The position numbers and the translations under genes were made by a program. DNA of 48,932 bases from a virus. Positions 1 through 11,438 of the stretch are shown piece after piece (positions within the stretch are counted from its first letter, which is position 1; every line of letters begins with the position of its first letter). The DNA lies in UHGV virus genome UHGV-1350838, one strand, 5' to 3'. The notes beneath the pieces were generated by a model that worked only from the letters and a program-made list of their open reading frames with translations, was not told the DNA's origin and did not search any database.

Positions 1-54
1 TGCGGGTTGTTGTTCTGCGGGTTCTGTTCTTCGTTGACATGAGGTTGCCCCGTA
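1..54. repeat. Left arm of a perfect 54-bp inverted repeat (partner 236..289); 1..50 equals lambda right-arm sequence in forward orientation
   Basis: Reverse complement of 1..54 is identical to 236..289 on direct reading; the last 4 nt (cgta) are shared with the start of the reverse-complemented right cohesive end. Confidence 0.9.
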
Positions 55-90
55 ACCTGTCGGATCACCGGAAAGGACCCGTAAAGTGAT
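51..90 (-). other. cos: Lambda right cohesive-end region (cosQ side); cosN overhang and cosB not present in window
   Basis: Sequence cgtaacctgtcggatcaccggaaaggacc is the reverse complement of the lambda right terminus ...GGTCCTTTCCGGTGATCCGACAGGTTACG. Confidence 0.8.
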
Positions 91-235
91 AATGATTATC
101 ATCTACATATCACAACGTGCGTGGAGGCCATCAAACCACGTCAAATAATCAATTATGACGCAGGTATCGTATTAATTGATCTGCATCAACTTAACGTAAA
201 AACAACTTCAGACAATACAAATCAGCGACACTGAA

Positions 236-289
236 TACGGGGCAACCTCATGTCAACGAAGAACAGAACCCGCAGAACAACAACCCGCA
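236..289. repeat. Right arm of the 54-bp inverted repeat (native lambda copy)
   Basis: Identical to reverse complement of 1..54. Confidence 0.9.
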
Positions 290-444
290 ACATCCGCTTT
301 CCTAACCAAATGATTGAACAAATTAACATCGCTCTTGAGCAAAAAGGGTCCGGGAATTTCTCAGCCTGGGTCATTGAAGCCTGCCGTCGGAGACTAACGT
401 CAGAAAAGAGAGCATATACATCAATTAAAAGTGATGAAGAATGA
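250..444 (+). CDS. Hypothetical small basic protein, lambda right-end ORF
   Basis: 64-aa ORF from the track; basic N-terminus; start lies inside the inverted-repeat arm; function unknown. Confidence 0.3.
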   Translation: MSTKNRTRRTTTRNIRFPNQMIEQINIALEQKGSGNFSAWVIEACRRRLTSEKRAYTSIKSDEE

Positions 445-608
445 ACATCCCGCGTTCTTCCCTCCGAACAGGACGATATTGTAAATTCACTTAATTACGA
501 GGGCATTGCAGTAATTGAGTTGCAGTTTTACCACTTTCCTGACAGTGACAGACTGCGTGTTGGCTCTGTCACAGACTAAATAGTTTGAATGATTAGCAGT
601 TATGGTGA

Positions 609-815
609 TCAGTCAACCACCAGGGAATAATCCTTCATATTATTATCGTGCTTCACCAACGCTGCCTCAATTGCTCTGAATGCTTCCAGAGACACCTTAT
701 GTTCTATACATGCAATTACAACATCAGGGTAACTCATAGAAATGGTGCTATTAAGCATATTTTTTACACGAATCAGATCCACGGAGGGATCATCAGCAGA
801 TTGTTCTTTATTCAT
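609..815 (-). CDS. Hypothetical protein (lambda right-arm ORF)
   Basis: 68-aa ORF at the position of a small rightward lambda ORF downstream of bor. Confidence 0.4.
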
Positions 816-977
816 TTTGTCGCTCCATGCGCTTGCTCTTCATCTAGCGGTTAAAATATTACTTCAAATCTTTCTGTATGAAGATTTGAGCACGTTGGCC
901 TTACATACATCTGTCGGTTGTATTTCCCTCCAGAATGCCAGCAGGACCGCACTTTGTTACGCAACCAATACTATTAA

Positions 978-1511
978 GTGAAAACATTCCTAATATTTGA
1001 CATAAATCATCAACAAAACACAAGGAGGTCAGACCAGATTGAAACGATAAAAACGATAATGCAAACTACGCGCCCTCGTATCACATGGAAGGTTTTACCA
1101 ATGGCTCAGGTTGCCATTTTTAAAGAAATATTCGATCAAGTGCGAAAAGATTTAGACTGTGAATTGTTTTATTCTGAACTAAAACGTCACAACGTCTCAC
1201 ATTATATTTACTATCTAGCCACAGATAATATTCACATCGTGTTAGAAAACGATAACACCGTGTTAATAAAAGGACTTAAAAAGGTTGTAAATGTTAAATT
1301 CTCAAGAAACACGCATCTTATAGAAACGTCCTATGATAGGTTGAAATCAAGAGAAATCACATTTCAGCAATACAGGGAAAATCTTGCTAAAGCAGGAGTT
1401 TTCCGATGGGTTACAAATATCCATGAACATAAAAGATATTACTATACCTTTGATAATTCATTACTATTTACTGAGAGCATTCAGAACACTACACAAATCT
1501 TTCCACGCTAA
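978..1511 (+). CDS. Hypothetical protein (lambda right-arm ORF; true start may be internal, ATG at 1059)
   Basis: 177-aa ORF; Shine-Dalgarno aaggagg at 1022..1028; AT-rich. Confidence 0.45.
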   Translation: MKTFLIFDINHQQNTRRSDQIETIKTIMQTTRPRITWKVLPMAQVAIFKEIFDQVRKDLDCELFYSELKRHNVSHYIYYLATDNIHIVLENDNTVLIKGLKKVVNVKFSRNTHLIETSYDRLKSREITFQQYRENLAKAGVFRWVTNIHEHKRYYYTFDNSLLFTESIQNTTQIFPR

Positions 1512-1800
1512 ATCATAACGTCCGGTTTCTTCCGTGTCAGCACCGGGGCGTTGGCATAATGCAATACGTGTACGCGCTAAACCCTGTGTGCATCGTTTTA
1601 ATTATTCCCGGACACTCCCGCAGAGAAGTTCCCCGTCAGGGCTGTGGACATAGTTAATCCGGGAATACAATGACGATTCATCGCACCTGACATACATTAA
1701 TAAATATTAACAATATGAAATTTCAACTCATTGTTTAGGGTTTGTTTAATTTTCTACACATACGATTCTGCGAACTTCAAAAAGCATCGGGAATAACACC

Positions 1801-2094
1801 ATGAAAAAAATGCTACTCGCTACTGCGCTGGCCCTGCTTATTACAGGATGTGCTCAACAGACGTTTACTGTTCAAAACAAACCGGCAGCAGTAGCACCAA
1901 AGGAAACCATCACCCATCATTTCTTCGTTTCTGGAATTGGGCAGAAGAAAACTGTCGATGCAGCCAAAATTTGTGGCGGCGCAGAAAATGTTGTTAAAAC
2001 AGAAACCCAGCAAACATTCGTAAATGGATTGCTCGGTTTTATTACTTTAGGCATTTATACTCCGCTGGAAGCGCGTGTGTATTGCTCACAATAA
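1801..2094 (+). CDS. bor: Bor lipoprotein (serum-resistance lysogenic conversion protein)
   Basis: 97 aa, MKKMLLATALALLITGC lipobox signal; matches lambda Bor. Confidence 0.9.
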   Translation: MKKMLLATALALLITGCAQQTFTVQNKPAAVAPKETITHHFFVSGIGQKKTVDAAKICGGAENVVKTETQQTFVNGLLGFITLGIYTPLEARVYCSQ

Positions 2095-2125
2095 TTGCAT
2101 GAGTTGCCCATCGATATGGGCAACT

Positions 2126-2587
2126 CTATCTGCACTGCTCATTAATATACTTCTGGGTTCCTTCCAGTTGTTTTTGCATAGTGATCAGCCTCTCTCTGAG
2201 GGTGAAATAATCCCGTTCAGCGGTGTCTGCCAGTCGGGGGGAGGCTGCATTATCCACGCCGGAGGCGGTGGTGGCTTCACGCACTGACTGACAGACTGCT
2301 TTGATGTGCAACCGACGACGACCAGCGGCAACATCATCACGCAGAGCATCATTTTCAGCTTTAGCATCAGCTAACTCCTTCGTGTATTTTGCATCGAGCG
2401 CAGCAACATCACGCTGACGCATCTGCATGTCAGTAATTGCCGCGTTCGCCAGCTTCAGTTCTCTGGCATTTTTGTCGCGCTGGGCTTTGTAGGTAATGGC
2501 GTTATCACGGTAATGATTAACAGCCCATGACAGGCAGACGATGATGCAGATAACCAGAGCGGAGATAATCGCGGTGACTCTGCTCAT
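2126..2587 (-). CDS. Rz: Rz i-spanin
   Basis: 153 aa; N-terminal TM helix plus coiled coil; directly downstream of R. Confidence 0.9.
   Translation of the reverse strand: MSRVTAIISALVICIIVCLSWAVNHYRDNAITYKAQRDKNARELKLANAAITDMQMRQRDVAALDAKYTKELADAKAENDALRDDVAAGRRRLHIKAVCQSVREATTASGVDNAASPRLADTAERDYFTLRERLITMQKQLEGTQKYINEQCR
2185..2367 (-). CDS. Rz1: Rz1 o-spanin lipoprotein, embedded in Rz in the +1 frame
   Basis: 60 aa, lipobox VVGC, proline-rich (PPPPP); fully nested within Rz. Confidence 0.8.
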   Translation of the reverse strand: MLKLKMMLCVMMLPLVVVGCTSKQSVSQCVKPPPPPAWIMQPPPDWQTPLNGIISPSERG

Positions 2588-3060
2588 ACATCAATCTCTC
2601 TGACCGTTCCGCCCGCTTCTTTGAATTTTGCAATCAGGCTGTCAGCCTTATGCTCGAACTGACCATAACCAGCGCCCGGCAGTGAAGCCCAGATATTGCT
2701 GCAACGGTCGATTGCCTGACGGATATCACCACGATCAATCATAGGTAAAGCGCCACGCTCCTTAATCTGCTGCAATGCCACAGCGTCCTGACTTTTCGGA
2801 GAGAAGTCTTTCAGGCCAAGCTGCTTGCGGTAGGCATCCCACCAACGGGAAAGAAGCTGGTAGCGTCCGGCGCCTGTTGATTTGAGTTTTGGGTTTAGCG
2901 TGACAAGTTTGCGAGGGTGATCGGAGTAATCAGTAAATAGCTCTCCGCCTACAATGACGTCATAACCATGATTTCTGGTTTTCTGACGTCCGTTATCAGT
3001 TCCCTCCGACCACGCCAGCATATCGAGGAACGCCTTACGTTGATTATTGATTTCTACCAT
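2584..3060 (-). CDS. R: Endolysin R (lytic transglycosylase)
   Basis: 158 aa beginning [24 protein letters not shown]; matches lambda R. Confidence 0.95.
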   Translation of the reverse strand: MVEINNQRKAFLDMLAWSEGTDNGRQKTRNHGYDVIVGGELFTDYSDHPRKLVTLNPKLKSTGAGRYQLLSRWWDAYRKQLGLKDFSPKSQDAVALQQIKERGALPMIDRGDIRQAIDRCSNIWASLPGAGYGQFEHKADSLIAKFKEAGGTVREIDV

Positions 3061-3367
3061 CTTCTACTCCGGCTTTTTTAGCAGCGAAGCGTTTGATAAG
3101 CGAACCAATCGAGTCAGTACCGATGTAGCCGATAAACACGCTCGTTATATAAGCGAGATTGCTACTTAGTCCGGCGAAGTCGAGAAGGTCACGAATGAAC
3201 TAGGCGATAATGGCGCACATCGTTGCGTCGATTACTGTTTTTGTAAACGCACCGCCATTATATCTGCCGCGAAGGTACGCCATTGCAAACGCAAGGATTG
3301 CCCCGATGCCTTGTTCCTTTGCCGCGAGAATGGCGGCCAACAGGTCATGTTTTTCTGGCATCTTCAT
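3044..3367 (-). CDS. S: Holin S carrying the Sam7 amber codon (TAG at 3201..3203, minus strand)
   Basis: ATG-AAG-ATG dual start at 3367/3361; the frame is interrupted by one TAG in the context CGCCTAGTTC, which is why no full-length ORF appears in the track. Confidence 0.85.
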
Positions 3368-3770
3368 GTCTTACCCCCAATAAGGGGATTTGCTCTATTT
3401 AATTAGGAATAAGGTCGATTACTGATAGAACAAATCCAGGCTACTGTGTTTAGTAATCAGATTTGTTCGTGACCGATATGCACGGGCAAAACGGCAGGAG
3501 GTTGTTAGCGCGACCTCCTGCCACCCGCTTTCACGAAGGTCATGTGTAAAAGGCCGCAGCGTAACTATTACTAATGAATTCAGGACAGACAGTGGCTACG
3601 GCTCAGTTTGGGTTGTGCTGTTGCTGGGCGGCGATGACGCCTGTACGCATTTGGTGATCCGGTTCTGCTTCCGGTATTCGCTTAATTCAGCACAACGGAA
3701 AGAGCACTGGCTAACCAGGCTCGCCGACTCTTCACGATTATCGACTCAATGCTCTTACCTGTTGTGCAGA

Positions 3771-3829
3771 TATAAAAAATCCCGAAACCGTTATGCAGGC
3801 TCTAACTATTACCTGCGAACTGTTTCGGG
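3771..3829 (-). terminator. tR' intrinsic terminator
   Basis: Inverted repeat cccgaaac(3781..3788)/gtttcggg(3822..3829) followed on the transcribed strand by a U-run (A-run 3774..3779 on plus strand). Confidence 0.7.
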
Positions 3830-3966
3830 ATTGCATTTTGCAGACCTCTCTGCCTGCGATGGTTGGAGTTCCAGACGATACGTCGAAGTGACCAACTAGG
3901 CGGAATCGGTAGTAAGCGCCGCCTCTTTTCATCTCACTACCACAACGAGCGAATTAACCCATCGTT
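3774..3966 (-). ncRNA. 6S RNA, the short pR'-initiated transcript ending at tR'
   Basis: Starts just downstream of the pR' -10 and ends at the tR' U-tract; about 193 nt. Confidence 0.6.
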
Positions 3967-4001
3967 GAGTCAAATTTACCCAATTTTATTCAATAAGTCA
4001 A
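3966..4001 (-). promoter_or_regulatory. Late promoter pR' (overlaps the qut site for Q)
   Basis: -35 TTGACT (3996..4001) and -10 TAAATT (3973..3978) on the minus strand with a 17-bp spacer, immediately downstream of Q. Confidence 0.8.
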
Positions 4002-4043
4002 TATCATGCCGTTAATATGTTGCCATCCGTGGCAATCATGCTG

Positions 4044-4667
4044 CTAACGTGTGACCGCATTCAAAATGTTGTCTGCGATTGACTCTTCTTTGTGGCATTG
4101 CACCACCAGAGCGTCATACAGCGGCTTAACAGTGCGTGACCAGGTGGGTTGGGTAAGGTTTGGGATTAGCATCGTCACAGCGCGATATGCTGCGCTTGCT
4201 GGCATCCTTGAATAGCCGACGCCTTTGCATCTTCCGCACTCTTTCTCGACAACTCTCCCCCACAGCTCTGTTTTGGCAATATCAACCGCACGGCCTGTAC
4301 CATGGCAATCTCTGCATCTTGCCCCCGGCGTCGCGGCACTACGGCAATAATCCGCATAAGCGAATGTTGCGAGCACTTGCAGTACCTTTGCCTTAGTATT
4401 TCCTTCAAGCTTTGCCACACCACGGTATTTCCCCGATACCTTGTGTGCAAATTGCATCAGATAGTTGATAGCCTTTTGTTTGTCGTTCTGGCTGAGTTCG
4501 TGCTTACCGCAGAATGCAGCCATACCGAATCCGGCTTGTGATTGCGCCATCCCCATAGCAGCCATCACATCAGTACCGGAAAGAGAGTCAGAAGCCGTGG
4601 CCCGTGGTGAGTCGCTCATCATCGGGCTTTTTGGCGAATGAAATTTAGCTACGCTTTCGAGTCTCAT
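4044..4667 (-). CDS. Q: Late antiterminator Q
   Basis: 207 aa; matches lambda Q, with the CxxC...CxxC zinc motif near the C-terminus. Confidence 0.95.
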
Positions 4668-5329
4668 GCGCCTTCTCCCTGTACCTGAATCAATGTTAGG
4701 TTTCCGCAGAACACTGCGCCGGTATCGATATACATTTGGTTGGCAAACTTGAGTGGTTTCACTGCTGGCGTATGACCAAAGATGAACGTGTCCGCGCCTT
4801 TGATTTCTTTCACGATCCCGTTTTGTGAGTTGCTGATTCGTTCGCGGTTCCAGATTACCTGCTGATGATCAACTGGCTTTCCAAACTCGTATTCGTCAAA
4901 GGGATAATCGGCGTGGCAGATAACATATTTTTTATCTTTGCTCACCAGTTCGATGATTAACGGAAGTTCATCTGCTTTATGGGCAAGAGCTTTAGCCAGA
5001 ATTTCTTTGTCGTAATCGAGATTAAAGAACCAGCCACCGCCATTAAGCAGCCAGTGATTAACGTTTCCACGCTCTGATAAGCCATCAATCATCATTTGCT
5101 CATGGTTTCCACGTACAGCTCTGAACCAGGGGAATGTGATTAATTCCAGGCATTCAACGTTCTCTGCACCACGATCAACCAAATCGCCCACCGAGATAAG
5201 CAGGTCTTTTTTGTTGTCGAATCCAATCGTATCCAGTTTGTTCATCAGGTTCGTGTAGCATCCGTGCAGATCGCCAACTACCCAAATATTTCGGTATTTG
5301 CTGCCATCAATTTTTTCGTAATAGCGCAT
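4664..5329 (-). CDS. ninI: NinI serine/threonine protein phosphatase
   Basis: 221 aa from MRYYEKIDG; GDLHG and GNHE metallophosphatase motifs. Confidence 0.9.
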
Positions 5330-5513
5330 CTCTTTCACTCCATCCGCGATGAACCATGAGAACGTCGTTGACGATGGCGTGCATTTTCCCGTCTTTATCA
5401 TCAACGTATTTTCTGACCGTACCGCGACTACATTTCAGTCTGCGTGCTACTTCTGTCTGATTTCCGTATGTTTCAACGAGCATGTCTGGAATGGTTTTTA
5501 CTGAGAACGTCAT
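5307..5513 (-). CDS. ninH: NinH
   Basis: 68-aa ORF in the lambda nin region position. Confidence 0.8.
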
Positions 5514-6124
5514 GCGGCCTCACTTCTGCTATTTCGCAGGTCTTTGAGTTTCTGTTGGTACTCTGCCTTGATCGCCTTGCACTCTTCGATAGTCCAGCGA
5601 TGGCGGTTATGGTTTGATTCGATTTCGTCTACTGCTTCCTGCCCGATGCGGCTAATCAGTTCGACGCGATACGGAACGAGATTTCCGCTTTTGTGCTGGT
5701 TGCACACCACGCATTGCTTGTGAATATTGCGTTCATTAAATCGGAGTTGAGGTGCCGCAGCAGTTGTCCGGTAATGTCCGGCATCCCACTGAGCAGACGT
5801 GAGCGTTCCGCACGAGATACATGGTAAGTCGCGGTCTCTTTCTCTGATGAAGGCGTTTACGGCTTGTTGGGCTTGTTTAATCCAGTAACTGCGGGGCTTT
5901 AAGGCGAGTTTTCGAATCTTAAGTTTATCTTTCTGTTTCTGCTCCTCTCGTCGTCGTTTCTTCTCTGCTGCTTTTTCCGCTTTTTCGCGTTCTTTACTTC
6001 GTCGTTCGAGTGCTATCTTGGTTCCACACTCTGGAGAGCACCACCACTGATTAGCGAATGCAGGGTGAAACCATTCCCGGCATTCATCGTTTTTACATCG
6101 TCTTCGCGCTGGTTTAGCCATCAT
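5510..6124 (-). CDS. ninG: NinG (Rap) recombination-promoting nuclease
   Basis: 204 aa; Cys-rich; lambda nin order. Confidence 0.85.
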   Translation of the reverse strand: MMAKPARRRCKNDECREWFHPAFANQWWCSPECGTKIALERRSKEREKAEKAAEKKRRREEQKQKDKLKIRKLALKPRSYWIKQAQQAVNAFIRERDRDLPCISCGTLTSAQWDAGHYRTTAAAPQLRFNERNIHKQCVVCNQHKSGNLVPYRVELISRIGQEAVDEIESNHNRHRWTIEECKAIKAEYQQKLKDLRNSRSEAA

Positions 6125-6284
6125 CTTCTTCCTCGTGCATCGAGCTATTCGGATCGCTCATCAGTTCTGCGCAGCAGTGCTCACACACGTGAACTTCCAG
6201 CACATGCAGCTTCTGACCGCAGTTAGCGCACGTTAAAGCTCGCTCGACGCTTTCTTGTTCGTAACTTCGATTTTGGTCAATCAC
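6114..6284 (-). CDS. ninF: NinF
   Basis: 56-aa ORF with GTG start at 6284, Cys-rich; position matches lambda ninF. Confidence 0.6.
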   Translation of the reverse strand: MIDQNRSYEQESVERALTCANCGQKLHVLEVHVCEHCCAELMSDPNSSMHEEEDDG

Positions 6285-6463
6285 CTTGTTTTCCTCGCAC
6301 GACGTCTTAGCCACCGGATATCCCACAGGTGAGCCGTGTAGTTGAAGGTTTTTACGTCAGATTCTTTTGGGATTGGCTTGGGTTTATTTCTGGTGCGTTT
6401 CGTTGGAAGGTATTTGCAGTTTTCGCAGATTATGTCGGTGATACTTCGTCGCTGTCTCGCCAC
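6281..6463 (-). CDS. ninE: NinE
   Basis: 60-aa [21 protein letters not shown]; lambda nin order. Confidence 0.7.
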   Translation of the reverse strand: MARQRRSITDIICENCKYLPTKRTRNKPKPIPKESDVKTFNYTAHLWDIRWLRRRARKTR

Positions 6464-6603
6464 ACGTCCTCCTTTTCCTGCGGTAGTGGTAACACCCCTG
6501 TTGGTGTTCTTTCACACCGGAGACACCATCGATTCCAGTAAGGTTGATTTGGTCGGAAGCGGTTATCTTCTTTGCATTCACCGCACCGATAACATCGCAT
6601 CAT
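6430..6603 (-). CDS. ninD: NinD
   Basis: 57-aa ORF below the track length cutoff; ATG at 6603 and TAA at 6430..6432 checked in the sequence. Confidence 0.5.
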   Translation of the reverse strand: MMRCYRCGECKEDNRFRPNQPYWNRWCLRCERTPTGVLPLPQEKEDVWRDSDEVSPT

Positions 6604-7472
6604 GCAGCTTCCCTCCCGAAGTCGAAATCAAGCTGCCCTCCAAATATTTCGCATGACTCAGAACAAGAGCCGGTATCGAATCTTTTAGCTCGTACCATGT
6701 CCTGATACAGGGCTTGATAATCATTTTCTGAATACATTTTCGCGATACCGTCCAGCGACATTCTTCCTCGGTACATAATCTCCTTTGGCGTTTCCCGATG
6801 TCCGTCACGCACATGGGATCCCGTGATGACCTCATTAAAAACACGCTGCAATCCCTCCTCATCTTTGCAGGCAAGTCCGATTTTTTGCGTTGATTTTTTA
6901 ATGCAGAATATGCAGTTACCGAGATGTTCCGGTATTTGCAAATCGAATGGTTGTTGCTTCCACCATGCGAGGATATCTTCCTTCTCAAAGTCTGACAGTT
7001 CAGCAAGATATCTGATTCCAGGCTTTGGCTTTAGCCGCTTCGGTTCATCAGCTCTGATGCCAATCCACGTGGTGTAATTCCCTCGCCCGAAATGGTCATC
7101 ACAGTATTTGGTGAAGGGAACGAGTTTTAATCTGTCAGTGCAGAACGCGCCGCCGACGTATGGAGTGCCATATTTCTTTACCATATCGATAAATGGCTTC
7201 AGAACAGGCATTCGCGTCTGAATATCCTTTGGTTCCCATACCGTATAACCATTTGGCTGTCCAAGCTCCGGGTTGATATCAACCTGCAATACGGTGAGCG
7301 GTATATCCCAGAACTTCACAACTTCCCTGACAAACCGATATGTCATTGGATGTTCACAACCTGTATCCATGAAAACGTAATGCACGTCTTTACCTGCCCG
7401 TCGCTTTTGCTCCATTAGCCAGAGCAAATATGCTGACGTCCTGCCACCGGAGAAACTAACGACATTTATCAT
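6600..7472 (-). CDS. ninC: NinC (PAPS-reductase-like)
   Basis: 290 aa from [16 protein letters not shown] (PP-loop-like SGGxxS motif). Confidence 0.85.
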   Translation of the reverse strand: MINVVSFSGGRTSAYLLWLMEQKRRAGKDVHYVFMDTGCEHPMTYRFVREVVKFWDIPLTVLQVDINPELGQPNGYTVWEPKDIQTRMPVLKPFIDMVKKYGTPYVGGAFCTDRLKLVPFTKYCDDHFGRGNYTTWIGIRADEPKRLKPKPGIRYLAELSDFEKEDILAWWKQQPFDLQIPEHLGNCIFCIKKSTQKIGLACKDEEGLQRVFNEVITGSHVRDGHRETPKEIMYRGRMSLDGIAKMYSENDYQALYQDMVRAKRFDTGSCSESCEIFGGQLDFDFGREAA

Positions 7473-7909
7473 GCAGCCCTGTCTCCCCATCTCGCTTTCC
7501 ACTCCAGAGCCAGTCTCGCTTCGTCTGACCACTTAACGCCACGCTCTGTACCGAATGCCTGTATAAGCTCTAATAGCTCCGCAAATTCGCCTACACGCAT
7601 CCTGCTGGTTGACTGGCCTATTACCACAAAGCCATTCCCGGCAAGGTTAGGAACAACATCCTGCTGCTTTAATGCTGCGGTAAACACACACTTCCAGCTT
7701 TCTGCATCCAGCCAGCGACCATGCCATTCAACCTGACGAGAGACGTCACCTAAGCAGGCCCATAGCTTCCTGTTTTGGTCTAAGCTGCGGTTGCGTTCCT
7801 GAATGGTTACTACGATTGGTTTGGTTGGGTCTGGAAGGATTTGCTGTACTGCGTGAATAGCGTTTTGCTGATGTGCTGGAGATCGAATTTCAAAGGTTAG
7901 TTTTTTCAT
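7469..7909 (-). CDS. ninB: NinB (Orf) recombination mediator
   Basis: 146 aa from MKKLTFEIRSP; lambda nin order. Confidence 0.85.
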   Translation of the reverse strand: MKKLTFEIRSPAHQQNAIHAVQQILPDPTKPIVVTIQERNRSLDQNRKLWACLGDVSRQVEWHGRWLDAESWKCVFTAALKQQDVVPNLAGNGFVVIGQSTSRMRVGEFAELLELIQAFGTERGVKWSDEARLALEWKARWGDRAA

Positions 7910-7982
7910 GACTTCCCTCTCCCCCAAATAAAAAGGCCTGCGATTACCAGCAGGCCTGTTATTAGCTCAGTAATGTAGATGG

Positions 7983-8273
7983 TCATCTTTTAACTCCATA
8001 TACCGCCAATACCCGTTTCATCGCGGCACTCTGGCGACACTCCTTAAAAACCAGGTTCGTGCTCATCTTTCCTTCCCGTTCTTCCCTGGTAGCAAACCGG
8101 TAATACACCGTTCGCCAGACCTTACCTTCGATAACCAGAAGACCTGCCCGTGCCATTTTAGCCGCGGCCTGATTTATGCTGGTTACTGTTGCGCCTGTTA
8201 GCGCGGCAACGTCCGGCGCACAGAAGCTATTATGCGTCCCCAGGTAATGAATAATTGCCTCTTTGCCCGTCAT
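7983..8273 (-). CDS. ren: Ren (resistance to Rex exclusion)
   Basis: 96 aa, immediately downstream of P. Confidence 0.8.
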   Translation of the reverse strand: MTGKEAIIHYLGTHNSFCAPDVAALTGATVTSINQAAAKMARAGLLVIEGKVWRTVYYRFATREEREGKMSTNLVFKECRQSAAMKRVLAVYGVKR

Positions 8274-8971
8274 ACACTTGCTCCTTTCAGTCCGAACTTA
8301 GCTTTGATTTCTGCGATCTTCGCCAGAGCCTGTGCACGATTTAGAGGTCTACCGCCCATGACAGGAAGTTGTTTTACTGGTTCAGGGATCGCCTCACCAC
8401 GGTTAATTCTCGCAGTCATATGGACAAGCTCATCTGCGGCCTTACGGCGTAATTCCGCATCAGTAAGCGCATTGGCCCGCATGTTCTGATACAGGTTGGT
8501 AACCAGCCAGTAGTGCGCGTTTGATTTCCACGGATAAGACTCCGCATCCGGATACAGGCCTCGCTTCCGGCAATACTCGTAAACCATATCAACCAGCTCG
8601 CTGACGTTTGGCAGTCCGGCGGTAACGGATGCTTCTTCCCGGCACCATGCAACAAACTGCCCGGGTGATGGCAGAAATGGTCGATTCTGCCGACGGGCTA
8701 CGCGCATTCCTGCGTTAACCTGTTCCATCGTGGTGATCCCGTTTTCCCGAAAAGCCAGAACCCACTGGCGACGGATTTCGTTCACTTCGTTCTGGTCACG
8801 GTTAGCCAGGCTCGCCGGGAAAGTTGCCAGTAACTGGCTGAACACACCGTTGATGATCTGCGCTACCTGCTGTACCTGCGGCTTTTCGTCGTACTGTTCC
8901 GGCATGTTGTTGGCGATCCGACGCATCTGCTCACGGTCAAAGTTAACCATCTGTGCGGCGATGTTTTTCAT
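8270..8971 (-). CDS. P: Replication protein P (DnaB helicase loader)
   Basis: 233 aa; matches lambda P. Confidence 0.95.
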   Translation of the reverse strand: MKNIAAQMVNFDREQMRRIANNMPEQYDEKPQVQQVAQIINGVFSQLLATFPASLANRDQNEVNEIRRQWVLAFRENGITTMEQVNAGMRVARRQNRPFLPSPGQFVAWCREEASVTAGLPNVSELVDMVYEYCRKRGLYPDAESYPWKSNAHYWLVTNLYQNMRANALTDAELRRKAADELVHMTARINRGEAIPEPVKQLPVMGGRPLNRAQALAKIAEIKAKFGLKGASV

Positions 8972-9867
8972 AGATCCACCCCGTAAATCCAGTCTGTGTT
9001 TGTCAGGTCGAGTTTTGGTTTGCTGGCTGTCACGCCTGCCTGTTGCTTGTTACGGTTGATTTCGAGTTGGGTCCACTTATCGCGGAGTTTGGCCGGGCTC
9101 AGCACGTTACCGGACCAGAAGTTGTCCTGGCATGCCCAGCGGAACAGCACACACATGTCGCGGTGGTTACGTCCGTCACGTTCACGCATCAGGCGGATAT
9201 CGTTAGCCCACCCAGCAAAATTCGGTTTTCTGGCTGATGGTGCGATAGTCTTCACCATGTCAAACATCCACTCTGCGGCGGTCAGGTCTTCTGCTGTCCC
9301 CCACTTGCTGCCGCTCTGAATTGCAGCATCCGGTTTCACCACAGAAAGGTCGTTTTCTGGCTGGTCAGAGGATTCGCCAGAATTCTCTGACGAATAATCT
9401 TTTCTTTTTTCTTTTGTAATAGTGTCTTTTGTGTCCCCCTGTTTTGAGGGATAGCAATCCCCCAATTTGAGGGATGTTTTATCCCTCGTTTTAGGGGATT
9501 TTCCCTCGTTTTGAGGGATGCACCATTCTGAGATGTTTTTATTTGGTCCAAACATGCCGCCTTGCTGCTTGATAATATTCATTCTGACGAGTTCTAACTT
9601 GGCTTCATTGCACCGTTTGACAGGTAACTTTGTAATCTCGCTAAGTTGAGAATCGGTGATTCTGTCCATTGGTTTATTCCACCCATAGGTTTTACGCAGA
9701 ATGGCAAGCAGCACTTTAAACTGTCGCTTGGTCAGATCTGCGCCCGAATAAGCCTCAAGCAGCATATTTGATAGTCTGGCGTAACCATCATCGAGATCTG
9801 CCACATTACGCTCCTGTCCGGCAAAGTTACCTCTGCCGAAGTTGAGTATTTTTGCTGTATTTGTCAT
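8968..9867 (-). CDS. O: Replication initiator O
   Basis: 299 aa; contains the ori iterons within its coding sequence. Confidence 0.95.
   Translation of the reverse strand: MTNTAKILNFGRGNFAGQERNVADLDDGYARLSNMLLEAYSGADLTKRQFKVLLAILRKTYGWNKPMDRITDSQLSEITKLPVKRCNEAKLELVRMNIIKQQGGMFGPNKNISEWCIPQNEGKSPKTRDKTSLKLGDCYPSKQGDTKDTITKEKRKDYSSENSGESSDQPENDLSVVKPDAAIQSGSKWGTAEDLTAAEWMFDMVKTIAPSARKPNFAGWANDIRLMRERDGRNHRDMCVLFRWACQDNFWSGNVLSPAKLRDKWTQLEINRNKQQAGVTASKPKLDLTNTDWIYGVDL
9385..9511. other. ori: ori lambda: four iterons (about 9432..9511) plus adjacent AT-rich unwinding region
   Basis: Repeated tccctc....gaggga-type 18-19 bp units visible by eye, flanked by an A/T-rich tract (ttttcttttttcttttgtaatagtg). 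Confidence 0.8.
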
Positions 9868-9877
9868 AATGACTCCT

Positions 9878-9954
9878 GTTGATAGATCCAGTAATGACCT
9901 CAGAACTCCATCTGGATTTGTTCAGAACGCTCGGTTGCCGCCGGGCGTTTTTTA
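9878..9954 (+). ncRNA. oop: oop antisense RNA (77 nt), ending at the to terminator
   Basis: Sequence gttgatagatccagtaatgacc...cggttgccgccgggcgttttttatt matches the known oop transcript; GC hairpin plus T-tract at the 3' end. Confidence 0.7.
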
Positions 9955-10193
9955 TTGGTGAGAATCGCAGCAACTTGTCGCGCCAATCGAGCCATGTCGT
10001 CGTCAACGACCCCCCATTCAAGAACAGCAAGCAGCATTGAGAACTTTGGAATCCAGTCCCTCTTCCACCTGCTGATCTGCGACTTATCAACGCCCACAGC
10101 TTCCGCTGTCTTCTCAGTTCCAAGCATTGCGATTTTGTTAAGCAACGCACTCTCGATTCGTAGAGCCTCGTTGCGTTTGTTTGCACGAACCAT
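9900..10193 (-). CDS. cII: Transcriptional activator cII
   Basis: 97 aa from MVRANKRNEALRIESALLNKIAMLG. Confidence 0.9.
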   Translation of the reverse strand: MVRANKRNEALRIESALLNKIAMLGTEKTAEAVGVDKSQISRWKRDWIPKFSMLLAVLEWGVVDDDMARLARQVAAILTNKKRPAATERSEQIQMEF

Positions 10194-10272
10194 ATGTAAG
10201 TATTTCCTTAGATAACAATTGATTGAATGTATGCAAATAAATGCATACACCATAGGTGTGGTTTAATTTGAT

Positions 10273-10304
10273 GCCCTTTTTCAGGGCTGGAATGTGTAAG
10301 AGCG
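10273..10304 (-). promoter_or_regulatory. nutR (boxA CGCTCTTAC plus boxB hairpin GCCCTGAAAAAGGGC)
   Basis: Both elements read directly on the minus strand just downstream of cro. Confidence 0.8.
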
Positions 10305-10311
10305 GGGTTAT

Positions 10312-11326
<1,015 letters not shown>

Positions 11327-11438
11327 TCGGCAAGGTGTTCTGGTCGGCGCATAGCTGATAACAATTGAGCAAGAATCTTCATCGAATTAGGGGAATTTTC
11401 ACTCCCCTCAGAACATAACATAGTAAATGGATTGAATT

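Noticed and set aside
3738-3932. 64-aa ORF on the minus strand (MKRGGAYYRFRLVGHFD...)
   Set aside because: It lies almost entirely within the 6S RNA / tR' leader downstream of pR', so it is more plausibly non-coding leader sequence than a protein gene.
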